Below, one piece after another: positions 1 through 9,991 of a stretch of DNA of 64,000 nt. Position 1 is the stretch's first letter; every line of letters begins with the position of its first letter. The notes under the pieces are model-generated. The model did not search any database. It was given only the letters and a program-made list of their open reading frames with translations, and had not been told where the DNA came from. The stretch is from an uncultured Lentisphaerales bacterium (GTDB lineage: Bacteria; Verrucomicrobiota; Lentisphaeria; JABSQK01; UBA12247). The stretch lies in NCBI GenBank assembly GCA_943788985.1, contig CALSSJ010000023.1, positions 110,984 through 174,983 on the forward strand, written 5' to 3'. The translations under genes were made by a program, and so were the position numbers.

Positions 1-488
1 ATCGTAAAGGCGCCGCGGAAGTGAAACGGCACCATAATCTTGTGCTCGAACAGCCCTTCCTGGACCCAGCCCAGCCAGTCTCCTGCCCGGACCGTATCAC
101 CTTCTACCATCAGCGGCTCAAACGTCCAGGATTTGCTGCCATCAAGCGGCGGCAGCGAAATGCCACGTTTCAGAAAGACACCATGTGCGTCGGCCAGTTT
201 ATTGAGTGGGTTCTGCAGCCCGTCATAGGTCATACCCAGCAAACCTGGGCCCACCTGCACAGACAGCAGTTGACCGGTGAACTCCACGCGATCCCCGCGC
301 TTCAGCCCCGCCGTGTCCTCAAACACCTGCAGCTCTGCTTTATTGCCACGGATGCGGATCACTTCCGCCTTCAGTCGTTCTTCGCCGCGCACAGCGTAGG
401 CGACCTCATTCTGACGGACATAACTGTCGAACAACACGCCGATCAGATTTCCGTTGATCGATTCGATCTTCCCGGTTTGGACTGCCAT
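1..488 (-). CDS. ntpA: V-type (A/V) ATP synthase subunit A, 5' part, running off the window start
   Basis: Manual translation from ATG at 488: MAVQTGKIESINGNLIGVLFDSYVRQNEVAY...LKAEVIRIRGNKAELQVFEDTAGL...LSVQVGPGLLGMTYDGLQNPL. This is the typical V-ATPase A N-terminus. It is absent from the ORF track because no stop occurs inside the window. Confidence 0.93.
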   Translation of the reverse strand, partial: MAVQTGKIESINGNLIGVLFDSYVRQNEVAYAVRGEERLKAEVIRIRGNKAELQVFEDTAGLKRGDRVEFTGQLLSVQVGPGLLGMTYDGLQNPLNKLADAHGVFLKRGISLPPLDGSKSWTFEPLMVEGDTVRAGDWLGWVQEGLFEHKIMVPFHFRGAFT

Positions 489-494
489 TCCGCG

Positions 495-1016
495 TTACTC
501 CCGATTCATGATACCGGCCAGAACCTCGCGGCCACGTTCTACGTCGAACCGTGCCCAGCGTTCCAGCAATTGTAGTTGCAGGCGATAAATCACCACGCCA
601 ATAAGATCAAAACCCGCCTGCCCTGCCTGCAGGTCGTGTAAAAAGCGCCATCGCGCCTTGTCGAGCAAGCGCTCGCCCTCTAGCGGGCTCGGCGCCTCGA
701 CCACGCCAGTCAGCCAGGCATACGACGTATTCGCCATCGGGACAGCCCGATGCGAATCCCGTGCCGGCCAGGAAAGCTTTCTTGCCCGCAGCGCGGCCAG
801 AGAGTTGCGCACGCCCGCATCCCAATCACGCCACCGCGTCAACACAGGGTGCTCCGAAGCACACAGCTCCAGCGTCGCGCTGTCCACCAACGCATAGTCC
901 GCATCACCCAGCTGCGTCCGGCAAGTCGCCAAGAATTCCTCCGAAGCCACAGGGGGCTTTCCCGGAAATTTCAGGCTCGGTAAGCTTGCCAGCAGATAAT
1001 AACAGTCGAGACGCAT
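495..1016 (-). CDS. DUF2764-family protein (V-ATPase subunit C-like, found between subunits E and A)
   Basis: N-terminal YYLLASLPSL, C-terminal E..LD.ARW.FL...FD...V..Y.LQLQLLERW motif, and position between subunits E and A. Confidence 0.8.
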   Translation of the reverse strand: MRLDCYYLLASLPSLKFPGKPPVASEEFLATCRTQLGDADYALVDSATLELCASEHPVLTRWRDWDAGVRNSLAALRARKLSWPARDSHRAVPMANTSYAWLTGVVEAPSPLEGERLLDKARWRFLHDLQAGQAGFDLIGVVIYRLQLQLLERWARFDVERGREVLAGIMNRE

Positions 1017-1018
1017 GC

Positions 1019-1633
1019 TTATTTCTCGCGAATTAGCTCCGCGAGCTTCGAGTTCAGAAACGCTGCCACGATGTCACTCAGTCCTGCGCCAGTGAAATCC
1101 CATTGCACGTTACCTTCCCCGCGGCTGATGCGGAATCCGCTCGTCACTTGTCGGTGGGGCTGAATCGTACAATTCTCCAGCTCTTTCGTCAGCCGGTCGC
1201 CGAAGTGCTTCGCCAGCGCCTCCGCGTCCTGCTCGCCCACCAGCACCTGAAACTCCCCGCCGCCGGACTGCGTCCAAGTCTTCACGCAAGTTTCCAGCAT
1301 CGTCCCGACCTGTGCTGGCGTCAGGGCCGCGGTCAGGTCTTGCCGGATCAAGCGACCCAGGATCGCCTGCAACTCACCTGTCAGGCTGAGAATCAAGTCT
1401 CGGCCCGCCTGTTGAAGTGCCTGATTCGATCGCGTTTCAAGCTGCGCCGCCGCCGCTTCCGCATCGCTCAGCTTCTGCTTTGCTTTTGCATCTGCGTCTA
1501 AAATAGTTTTCCGGGCTATCGCCTCGGCATCTGCGATAATTTGCTCGGCCTGTTTTTTGGCTTCGCCAACACCGTCTTCATTGATCTTCTGAATCAACGC
1601 ATCAAGCTGCACATCCACGGTTGCTCTCTCCAT
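1019..1633 (-). CDS. ntpE: V-type ATP synthase subunit E
   Basis: QLDALIQKINEDGVGEAKKQAEQII helical N-terminus and GFRIS...WDFT..L C-terminus. First gene of an E-DUF2764-A operon. Confidence 0.88.
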   Translation of the reverse strand: MERATVDVQLDALIQKINEDGVGEAKKQAEQIIADAEAIARKTILDADAKAKQKLSDAEAAAAQLETRSNQALQQAGRDLILSLTGELQAILGRLIRQDLTAALTPAQVGTMLETCVKTWTQSGGGEFQVLVGEQDAEALAKHFGDRLTKELENCTIQPHRQVTSGFRISRGEGNVQWDFTGAGLSDIVAAFLNSKLAELIREK

Positions 1634-1787
1634 TTGAGATTTGTGCGCGTGAGAGAAAGCCCGGTACTATCCGGGCGTGCGAGGAGTCCGCAATGGCTGC
1701 ACGGCCCTTTATTCTATAGATTGCGCGCACGCCCCACAGAAGTAGGCCTATAGTTGCCCTGTCGTTCGGCAAACTCCCAGGCAAGAT

Positions 1788-3258
1788 ATGACGCATTCTT
1801 CATCAACAGCTTCACCAACTCTGTTTCAGTGCCAGAGTCGGCTGGGAAATCTAGTTGCGGAGTTCGCAACAGCCGACTGCCCCGTGCGGCGGGTGGTAGC
1901 CGACTCGCGCCAGGTGATGCCGGGGGATCTATTCGTGGCCATCTCCGGTAGCACCGTGGATGGCTGCCGGTTCATCGATGACGCCATAGCCAAAGGGGCA
2001 GCAGGGGTGCTATATGAGGGATCCTCTCGTCTAGTCTCGGTGCCAGCCATCCGGGTTGCCGACAGTTACCGAGCTTGGGGCATTCTTGCGGAGTTCGCAA
2101 ACTCTGATCTAGCCCGCCGCCTCACCTGGCTGGGCGTCACCGGAACCAACGGCAAATCTACCACCGCGCTGCTGTTGCAACATCTCCTGCGGCACGGCGG
2201 CCTGCGTTGCGGCCTGATCAGCACCATTCACTACGACCTCGGCGATGGTGCCGAGCTTGAGGCCGACCGGACCACGCCGATGCCGGAGACCTTTCAGCAA
2301 CTCGCCGCCGAGATGGTGGGTAACGGCTGCACCCACGCCGTCACCGAGGTCTCCAGCCATGCCCTGGCGCAGGGCCGAATGGGCCAGCTGCCATTTGCAG
2401 TAGCGGGGTTTACCAATCTCACCCGCGATCATCTGGACTACCATCTGGACATGGAGCAGTACTTCGCAGCCAAGTCAAGGCTATTCCGGGACCATCTGAG
2501 CGGCTCTGCCGTAATCATGACCGACTGCCCTTGGGGGCAACGCCTTGCGGAGTTCGCAACCCAACCAGTGACCTGCGCCCTGACGCGGGCGGCAGATTGG
2601 CGGCCTACGAACGTAAAGATGCGCGCGCACAGCACGCGCTTTCGCCTTCATGGCCAAGCAGTTGAGACGCCGCTGGTCGGGCCCTTCAACATTGCCAATA
2701 CCGTCCTCGCGATCGCCATGGCTGTCGAGGCCGGGATCCCCATCGCCCAAGTGTGTGCTGCAGTTGCGGCGTTCGCAGGCGTCCCGGGTCGGCTCGAGCA
2801 CATTTCGGGCCCGCCGCCTAGCCCGACGGTCTTGGTCGACTATGCGCATACGGACGACGCACTCACCAATGTGCTGGCTGCAGCCCGTGAGCTGACCGCC
2901 GGTCGACTCATCGTGGTCTTCGGCTGCGGCGGCAACCGCGATCGCGGCAAGCGACCGCGGATGGCACAGGCGGCTGAGCATGGCGCGGACGTCGTCATCG
3001 TCACCAGCGATAATCCGCGCGGCGAAGCGCCCACGCAGATTCTGGCGGACATTCGTGCGGGGTTTGCAAAACCAGCCCTTGTCCAAGAGATCTGCGATCG
3101 GCGCGAAGCAATCGTTGCCGCAATCGCCAAAGCCAGGCCTGACGATGTGGTGTTTGATTGCCGGAAAGGGGCACGAGACCTACCAGGAGGTTTGCGGAAT
3201 TCGCAACCCCTTTGATGATCGGCAGGTGGTAAAGGAAGCGCTAGGCGCAACTTCTTAG
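1788..3258 (+). CDS. murE: UDP-MurNAc-L-Ala-D-Glu:meso-DAP ligase, with an apparent +1 frameshift near 3152 (probable sequencing error)
   Basis: Motifs [54 protein letters not shown] and TSDNPR (DAP-type). The conserved tail [11 protein letters not shown]...FDD continues in another frame to the stop at 3258. Confidence 0.93.
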
Positions 3259-3321
3259 CACATTTGAAGTCTTAGTTGGTCGGCCTAGCGATCTCAGATT
3301 ATACACAGGATACTTTTTCAC

Positions 3322-4000
3322 ATGTTCTACTTGCTCATTATTATGATTCCGGGGCTATTGGCAGCGGCCCTGACCAAATCGACCTTTGCCAAATACTCGC
3401 GCATTGGCGCCCAACGCGGGCTGACCGGTGCAGAAGCTGCGCAGGCAATGCTGCGTCGCGCTGGTGTCTCCGGCTGCCGGATCGAGCCACATCGCGGATT
3501 TCTGAGCGACCACTATGATCCAAGAGCGAAGGCGCTGCGTTTGTCGGAGGGCGTGTTCTACGGGCAGTCGCTGTCTTCTATCGGGGGTGGGCCCCCCTGC
3601 CATGAAGCAGGGCACGCGATTCAGGATGCCGAGAACTACGGCCCCCTTGGACTGCGCTCCGGGTTGGTGCCAGTCACCCAGGTCTGCGGGCAAACCTGGA
3701 TATTCCTGATTATGGCTGGCATGCTCCTGCATGTTCCTGGGCTCTATATGGTGGGCCTGCTGATGCTGGCGGTAAGCGTCCTGTTCGCCATCGTCACGCT
3801 CCCCGGTCGAGTGGGATGCCAGCAGGCGGGCCAAACTGGCCATGGCTGACGCAGGCTTTCTGGTAGGTGAGGAGAACCGTGGCGCCGCAAAGGTGCTGAA
3901 TGCCGCGTTTCTGACCTACCTTGCCGCGGCGGTAACGTCTATGTTCATGCTGCTTTACTACGCGCTCCCGCTGCTTGGCGGCGGAAGAAGTAACGACTAA
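3322..4000 (+). CDS. Membrane zinc metallopeptidase (YugP / Zn_peptidase_2 family), frameshifted near 3803
   Basis: GLTGAEAA, LSDHYDPR.K.LRLS and HEAGHAIQD. Removing one C from ctccccggtc gives TLPVEWDASRRA...KVLNAAFLTYLAAA...GGRSND* (TAA 3998-4000), the family's usual C-terminus. Confidence 0.85.
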
Positions 4001-4042
4001 GATCCCGGCGAGGCCTGGGAACAACTGGGAGAACGCCTCACA

Positions 4043-5429
4043 ATGAGGATGGAGAAAGATGCCCTCGGGCCAGTAGAAGTACCAGATGGCGCCTATTTTG
4101 GTGCGCAGACGCAGCGTGCCTGCGAGAACTTTCAGGTCGGAAACGAGCGCCTTCCGAGCGAGTTCATTCAGGCTCATGCCTTGGTCAAGAAAGCGGCAGC
4201 GATCGTCAATTGTGAGCTGGGTGGCCTAGATGCGGAGATCGCAACTGTCATTCAGGGCCCGCGGCTGATGAGGTGATCGCCGGGAAGTTCGACGCACACT
4301 TCCCGCTGGTGATCTGGCAGAGCGGCAGCGGCACGCAGTCGAACATGAATGTAAACGAAGTCATCGCGAACCGGGCGATTGAGATGATGGGCGGCACGAT
4401 CGGGACCAAGTCTCCGGTGCATCCAAACGACCATGTGAATATGTCACAGTCCACTAATGATACCGTCCCGACATCCATTCATGTGGCCGCGGTCACGGCG
4501 ATCGAGAACGACCTCCTTCCGGCGCTCAAGTCTCTCGCCGAAGTGTTCGAAGATAAGTCTGCGAAGTTCGCAGACATCGTCAAGATTGGGCGGACGCATC
4601 TGCAGGATGCGACGCCGTTGACTTTGGGCCAGGAGTTCTCTGGCTACGCAGCCCAATTGCGTGCTGCTGCCGGTGGTATCCAAGGCGTGCTGCCCCAGCT
4701 GCGTGAGCTGGCCGTGGGTGGCACTGCCGTCGGCACCGGTCTGAACACACGCACGGCCTACGCCACACGCATGGCAGAAGTCATCAGCGAGCTGAGTGGC
4801 CATGCCTTCGTCTCAGCCCCGAACAAATTCGCCGGGCTGGCTGCACATGATGCAGTCGTAGCCTGCTCAGGCTCGCTCAAAACGCTGGCCGCGGCAATGA
4901 TGAAGATCGCAAACGATTTGCGTTGGCTTGGCAGCGGTCCCCGTTGCGGCCTCGGCGAGCTACGCCTGCCCGCCAACGAGCCAGGCAGCTCAATCATGCC
5001 GGGCAAGGTCAATCCCACGCAGTGTGAAATGGTCACTCAGGTAGCCTGCCAGGTCATGGGCAACGATACCACCATTACGATCGCTGGTAGTCAGGGAAAC
5101 TTCGAACTGAACGTGTTCAAGCCACTGCTGGGCCCAACGCACTGCAGCAATCGATTCGGCTGCTTGCCACGGCCTGCGATTCTTTTGAGCGGCACTGCGT
5201 CTGCGGGATCGAGGCCGATCGCAATAAGATCCAGGAGCATCTGACCAATTCATTGATGCTGGTCACCGCACTCAACCGTCATATCGGCTATGACAAGGCT
5301 GCGGAGATTGCACTCAAAGCATGGCGAGAGGAGCTGACGCTCAAGCAAGCTGCGTTAGCGCTCGAGTACCTGACCGACGCGGAGTTCGCAGCATGGGTTC
5401 GCCCTGAAGAAATGGTTTCTCCTACCTGA
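4043..5429 (+). CDS. fumC: Class II fumarate hydratase, with apparent frameshifts near 4257 and 5131 (probable sequencing errors)
   Basis: [70 protein letters not shown] and [15 protein letters not shown]. The C-terminus [21 protein letters not shown]...[11 protein letters not shown] lies in another frame. Confidence 0.93.
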
Positions 5430-5450
5430 GAAACTGTATCGGAACCCTGA

Positions 5451-7481
5451 ATGCCACTTAATCTGTCGTCCTTGAACGCCCCCCAACAGGAGGCGATTCG
5501 GACGATTGATGGTCCTGTGCTGGTGCTTGCCGGAGCCGGCACTGGCAAGACCACCGTGGTGACCTATCGGATTGGCTGGATTCTCCAAAGCGGCGTCCAG
5601 CCTGAGCATATTCTGGCGGTCACGTTTACGAACAAGGCCGCGCGGGAGATGAAGGAGCGTATCGTCAGGCTGTTGCCCAACGAGAAACACTCGGCCCTCA
5701 CAGTCGCCACCTTCCACGCGTTCTGTGGCCGGCTCCTTCGTCGCTACGCCCGCCGGTTCGGCTACACGCCATCGTTTGGAATCGCCGATGATGGGGATCA
5801 GCGCGACTTGATTCGCCAGTCCCTGGTAGAGCTGGGAAATCACAGCGACGAACTGACCGTGCCACGCATGCAGTCCTGGATCAGCGCTGCCAAGAACAAG
5901 CTCTACACCCCGGACGATGTGCGGGACGACCCAAGCCAGGAGTGGGCAGATACGATTGCCACGGTCTATGCGTCCTACAGCAAACGCTTGCACGCGATGA
6001 ATCTGGTGGATTTCGACGACATGATTCTGCTGGTGGCACGCTTGTTACAGCAGGACGAGGAGGCGCGAAATGAGCTGCGAGAGCAGTATCAGTACATTCT
6101 GGTGGACGAGTACCAGGACACCAACATGGCCCAGGCTGAACTGCTGCGACAGCTAGCCGGCGAGCGCCAGAATCTGTGCGTGGTGGGCGATGATGATCAG
6201 TCTATCTATGGCTGGCGCGGAGCTGAAATCGATAATATTCTGCAGTTTCCGCAGCAGTATCCCGGGACTAAGGTGATCAAGCTAGAGCAGAACTACCGGT
6301 CCACAGAAGTCATTCTGAAGACGGCAAACACCGTGATCGGCGGCAATAGACAGCGTCACGCCAAGGAATTGTGGTCTGAGCGCGGGCACGGCGACGTGAT
6401 TCGGCTGCATGAGTTACCGACCGAGCGTGAAGAAGCGTCCTTCGTAGCACGGGTGGTGCAGGAGCTACGGTTTGAGCGTAAACTTGAGCCTAAAGATATC
6501 GCAGTGCTCTATCGCTCTAACGCGCTTTCACGGCTACCGGAAGAAGCGCTGCGGGCCAAAGCGATCCCCTATCGCGTAATCGGGGGCCAATCGTTCTATG
6601 AGCGGCGCGAGATCAAGGACACGCTCGCCTACATGCGGGTGCTGGAGAATGAGCGGGACGAGCAAGCGCTGTTGCGCATCCTCAACGTGCCGCCGCGTGG
6701 AATCGGCACCACCACGATCGAGAAGCTGCGGCTGCGGCGAGAGTTTAGCAGCAGCCCGATGCAGCGAGTCTTGGGCGAAGACCAGTTTCTCAGCGTGATC
6801 CCAGCAGCTACTGCGGAGTCCGCAAGAGGATTCCTGGGCTGTATTCGGCAGGCTCGACGAATCGTAGCGCAGCCCGGCAAGCTGAGCGCGAAGGTGTATC
6901 AATATTTAAAGGATATCGGCTATATCTCAGGGTTGCCCAAAATTTACAAGAAGCGCAGTGAGTATCTGCGTCGGTATGAGAACGTGCAGGAATTCATCCA
7001 TGCGATCCACGAGTATGAGCAGCGGGCGGCAGATCCCTCGCTGCGTGACTTTCTGGAGCGCAACTCGCTATCCGAGGCCGCGGACCAGAAGGAGGAGGAG
7101 AACGAAAATGCGGTCACCTTAATGACCGTCCACGCCGCCAAGGGCCTGGAGTTTTCTTTGGTCGTGGTGGTCGGCATGTCTCATCACACCTTTCCCCATC
7201 ATCGCTCGGTGCTGGAGCGAATGCTGGACGAGGAGCGACGCCTTTTCTACGTCGCCATCACCAGAGCGAAGGACCTGCTGATCTTGACCCGACCGCGCAC
7301 GCGCAATACCCTGCAACATGGCCGCATGGTGGAGAAGAGGTCACTGCCGTCACAGTTCCTGGCAGAAGTACCAAGCGAGTTCCTAACAGTGAACGATAAC
7401 GCACTCTTTGAGAGCGCAGGAACGGATGGAGCCCTGGACCACCTGGCGATGCTCAAGCAGCGCTGGGCGAAAAAGGACTGA
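5451..7481 (+). CDS. ATP-dependent DNA helicase, UvrD/PcrA/Rep family
   Basis: LNAPQQEA, VLAGAGTGKT, AVTFTNKAAREM, LVDEYQDTN, VGDDDQSIYGWRGA, LEQNYRST, LMTVHAAKGLEF and EERRLFYVAITRA. Confidence 0.95.
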   Translation: MPLNLSSLNAPQQEAIRTIDGPVLVLAGAGTGKTTVVTYRIGWILQSGVQPEHILAVTFTNKAAREMKERIVRLLPNEKHSALTVATFHAFCGRLLRRYARRFGYTPSFGIADDGDQRDLIRQSLVELGNHSDELTVPRMQSWISAAKNKLYTPDDVRDDPSQEWADTIATVYASYSKRLHAMNLVDFDDMILLVARLLQQDEEARNELREQYQYILVDEYQDTNMAQAELLRQLAGERQNLCVVGDDDQSIYGWRGAEIDNILQFPQQYPGTKVIKLEQNYRSTEVILKTANTVIGGNRQRHAKELWSERGHGDVIRLHELPTEREEASFVARVVQELRFERKLEPKDIAVLYRSNALSRLPEEALRAKAIPYRVIGGQSFYERREIKDTLAYMRVLENERDEQALLRILNVPPRGIGTTTIEKLRLRREFSSSPMQRVLGEDQFLSVIPAATAESARGFLGCIRQARRIVAQPGKLSAKVYQYLKDIGYISGLPKIYKKRSEYLRRYENVQEFIHAIHEYEQRAADPSLRDFLERNSLSEAADQKEEENENAVTLMTVHAAKGLEFSLVVVVGMSHHTFPHHRSVLERMLDEERRLFYVAITRAKDLLILTRPRTRNTLQHGRMVEKRSLPSQFLAEVPSEFLTVNDNALFESAGTDGALDHLAMLKQRWAKKD

Positions 7482-7492
7482 CCTAGGCCAAC

Positions 7493-8215
7493 GTGTATCT
7501 GCTTCACAACGACAGCGTAGCGTTTCCGCCGCCCCAGCTGGCAGACAGTGATGGTTTTCTCGCCGTCGGCGGCGACCTGTCTGCAGAGCGACTGACAGCG
7601 TCGTATGCCTTGGGGATCTTTCCGTGGTATAACGAACCGCCGATCCTGTGGTTCTCTCCCGCCCCCCGGTTTGTCCTGCCGCCAGAGAAGCTGCGCATCC
7701 AGAGGAGCCTGAAGCGCGTGATTGCGAAGTCCGCATTTACGATCACAATGGACCGGGACTTTTCGGCCGTTTTGCGCGCCTGCCAAGCCGCCCCCAGGAC
7801 CGGCCAGGACGGCTCCTGGCTGAATGATGACCTGATCGCTGCGTTTGAATCAATGCATGCGCTCGGCCGGGCACATTCTGTCGAAAGCTGGTCGGACGGC
7901 GAACTGGTCGGTGGCCTCTACGGAGTCACCCTCGGCAGCGTCTTTTTCGGGGAGTCGATGTTTGCGAACATCGCAAACGCCTCGAAGGTGGCATTCGCCC
8001 ATTTGGTCCGACACCTGACGGACTGCGGCTTCAGCCTGATTGACTGTCAGATGCATACACCGCATCTCGAGCGCTTTGGCGCTGAGTTTTGGTCACGCGA
8101 GCGGTTTCAGGAGCACCTCGCAGCGCATACGGGCCGAAAACCCGCAACCGCGCTAGGCCCAGCCATTCTGGCGGAGGTCAAGGCACCGATTAATCCTGGC
8201 TCGGAGGAGCCTTAA
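7493..8215 (+). CDS. aat: Leucyl/phenylalanyl-tRNA--protein transferase
   Basis: GFLAVGGDLS, Y..GIFPWY, ILWFSP.PR, AHSVESW, LVGGLYGV..G.VFFGESMF, ASKVA and LIDCQM.T.HL. Confidence 0.95.
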   Translation: MYLLHNDSVAFPPPQLADSDGFLAVGGDLSAERLTASYALGIFPWYNEPPILWFSPAPRFVLPPEKLRIQRSLKRVIAKSAFTITMDRDFSAVLRACQAAPRTGQDGSWLNDDLIAAFESMHALGRAHSVESWSDGELVGGLYGVTLGSVFFGESMFANIANASKVAFAHLVRHLTDCGFSLIDCQMHTPHLERFGAEFWSRERFQEHLAAHTGRKPATALGPAILAEVKAPINPGSEEP

Positions 8216-9986
8216 GAAAGCGGATTAGGCGCTCGCGAACAGCTGCGCAGGAATTGTCTTGACCAAGTAGATTGATGGGGACCTTGTGGAGCTGGGCGTA
8301 GGCGCGGAGTGCAAGTGCCGAAGGCCCCGGAGCCGCCCGATTCGGCCTCAAAACGCCGTGCCAGATCGCCAGCTTTTGGGAAGGGGACAGGTCCTCGCGC
8401 CAGCGGCGGCTGATCACCCGGTCTTGCGTCGTAATGGTGATTTGGCCGCGGTCAACGGCGGTCACGGTCCCTTGAGAGGAGGCAGGAAGGTTCGCCCCAA
8501 TCGCGGCATACGTTCCCGCAGGGTCAGCCGCGCAGCGCGAAAGCAGCGCACGCATGAGCTGGCCCTCTGCTTCGTCCAAAGTGACCATGCATGCTACGAG
8601 CTCGCGAGAGGCCCGGGTCTCCAAGTCTAGCGCGTGCGCGTCCGCCAGGCGCCGAAGCGTGCCTTTGTATTGCAGCATGGCTACCTTTAGTCGCTCCAGG
8701 ATGTCGCATTCTAGCCGGTATTGGTCGAGGCGTGCCCGTTGATGACGAGCGCGCTGGTCCGTGCGCTGCTGTATGGCAGTGACGAGCTTTTCTCGCCAGG
8801 CGGTGGTGGCGTCGCGATGGGCACCTACGAGTGGCAGTAGCACTCGAAAGGTGTCCAGCCGCGCGAGTGCAGTGTCGAACTCTTCTGCATGAAACAGAGC
8901 TTCGATCAGAGCAAGCTCATCATCAACCGCAGCCTTAATCTCCTGGCGGGCAGATGCAATCGCCTGCTTCACTAAATCTCTGTCTTCCGCGGTTTTCGCC
9001 GAGGAGATGAGCTCGCTTCCTTCGTCCTCAAAGGCAACGTACTGGCCAGCCTGCGCCAAACGGACGAGATGGAAAGCGCGCTGCTTCAGCACGGCGCCAC
9101 TGCGATCTGTCCGCACAGGCACTGGCGCGATGGTCTTCCGGATGTTCTGGCTGGTTTCCGCAGAGAGCGCCTCTGCCGTCGCTCCCTGCCAACCCTCGGC
9201 ACGAGTAAGGTTGTATACGCGAAGGCCCCCTGCGATGCCTAATACGACCGTACAGGCCAGTGCTAGCCGGAGTACGCGCCCTAGCGATCTCTTCTCCACA
9301 ACAGAGTGCTTGGCCAAGCGCTGATAAATGCGAAGTTCGTGATCAGCGATTGTGCCAGCTTGATGCGCGGCGTTAAGCTCGTCTTCACTGGGCTGCCAGC
9401 TCCCGCTAATGAGCCTGCCATAGAGCCTGCGGAGTGCCTGCTGGCCCTTCTGTGCCGAATCGTCCGGGTAGCGATGGGACCAGGCATCGATGATGCGGAC
9501 AATCTCGCCATGATGTGCCCATGGGCCCCAGATGGTGCCATCCACCGTGACCTCACTCTCGCCAAGATAGATCATCGGCAAGGGGGTCTGATCGTCGATC
9601 GTGCTAAGCGCCTGGCTCAAGCCGGGCAAAAGTGCCGCGAGACGGTTGGCAGAAAACCGCCCGGGGCGAAGAAGTGCCTGCCAGATTGGCTCGCCACGCC
9701 GATGGGGGCGGATCAGATACAGGCCACGGTCACCATCGATCACAGCTGGCGGACGGCCAAGGGGATGACGCATGGTCGTGGCCTCGAGCGCATAGGCATT
9801 GAGCGCTGTGTTGTCACAGGCGAGCCGATCACAGGCCTCTATCTCCACCAACGCGCCGTTCTGACGCCCTAGGAACCAGACTGCCCGCCCCGTCTCATAG
9901 AGGATGCGAATGGTCCGGATATCCCGTGCAGCAAGCTCTTGGCTCGCCACCACTTCGAGATCCGGAGCCTTGACCTCAGTAGCCAT
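8190..9986 (-). CDS. Hypothetical single-pass membrane protein (598 aa)
   Basis: Long ORF starting 5 bp after the kinase stop. One hydrophobic span (VLRLALACTVVLGIAGGL) and a helical C-terminal half. No family recognised with confidence. Confidence 0.7.
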   Translation of the reverse strand: MATEVKAPDLEVVASQELAARDIRTIRILYETGRAVWFLGRQNGALVEIEACDRLACDNTALNAYALEATTMRHPLGRPPAVIDGDRGLYLIRPHRRGEPIWQALLRPGRFSANRLAALLPGLSQALSTIDDQTPLPMIYLGESEVTVDGTIWGPWAHHGEIVRIIDAWSHRYPDDSAQKGQQALRRLYGRLISGSWQPSEDELNAAHQAGTIADHELRIYQRLAKHSVVEKRSLGRVLRLALACTVVLGIAGGLRVYNLTRAEGWQGATAEALSAETSQNIRKTIAPVPVRTDRSGAVLKQRAFHLVRLAQAGQYVAFEDEGSELISSAKTAEDRDLVKQAIASARQEIKAAVDDELALIEALFHAEEFDTALARLDTFRVLLPLVGAHRDATTAWREKLVTAIQQRTDQRARHQRARLDQYRLECDILERLKVAMLQYKGTLRRLADAHALDLETRASRELVACMVTLDEAEGQLMRALLSRCAADPAGTYAAIGANLPASSQGTVTAVDRGQITITTQDRVISRRWREDLSPSQKLAIWHGVLRPNRAAPGPSALALRAYAQLHKVPINLLGQDNSCAAVRERLIRFLKAPPSQD

Positions 9987-9991
9987 GCCCG

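Noticed and set aside
21..575. 184-aa + strand ORF
   Set aside because: Antisense to the clear V-ATPase subunit A reading frame.
956..971. TTTCCCGGAAAT resembling a Noc box
   Set aside because: Single imperfect copy within a CDS.
1855..3206. Palindrome copies as a CRISPR array or REP/MITE
   Set aside because: Only 15 bp long, irregularly spaced, in frame within genes, with no cas or transposase gene nearby.
1788..5429. murE, peptidase and fumC as true pseudogenes
   Set aside because: All motifs are intact and every break is a homopolymer indel, so sequencing error is more parsimonious.
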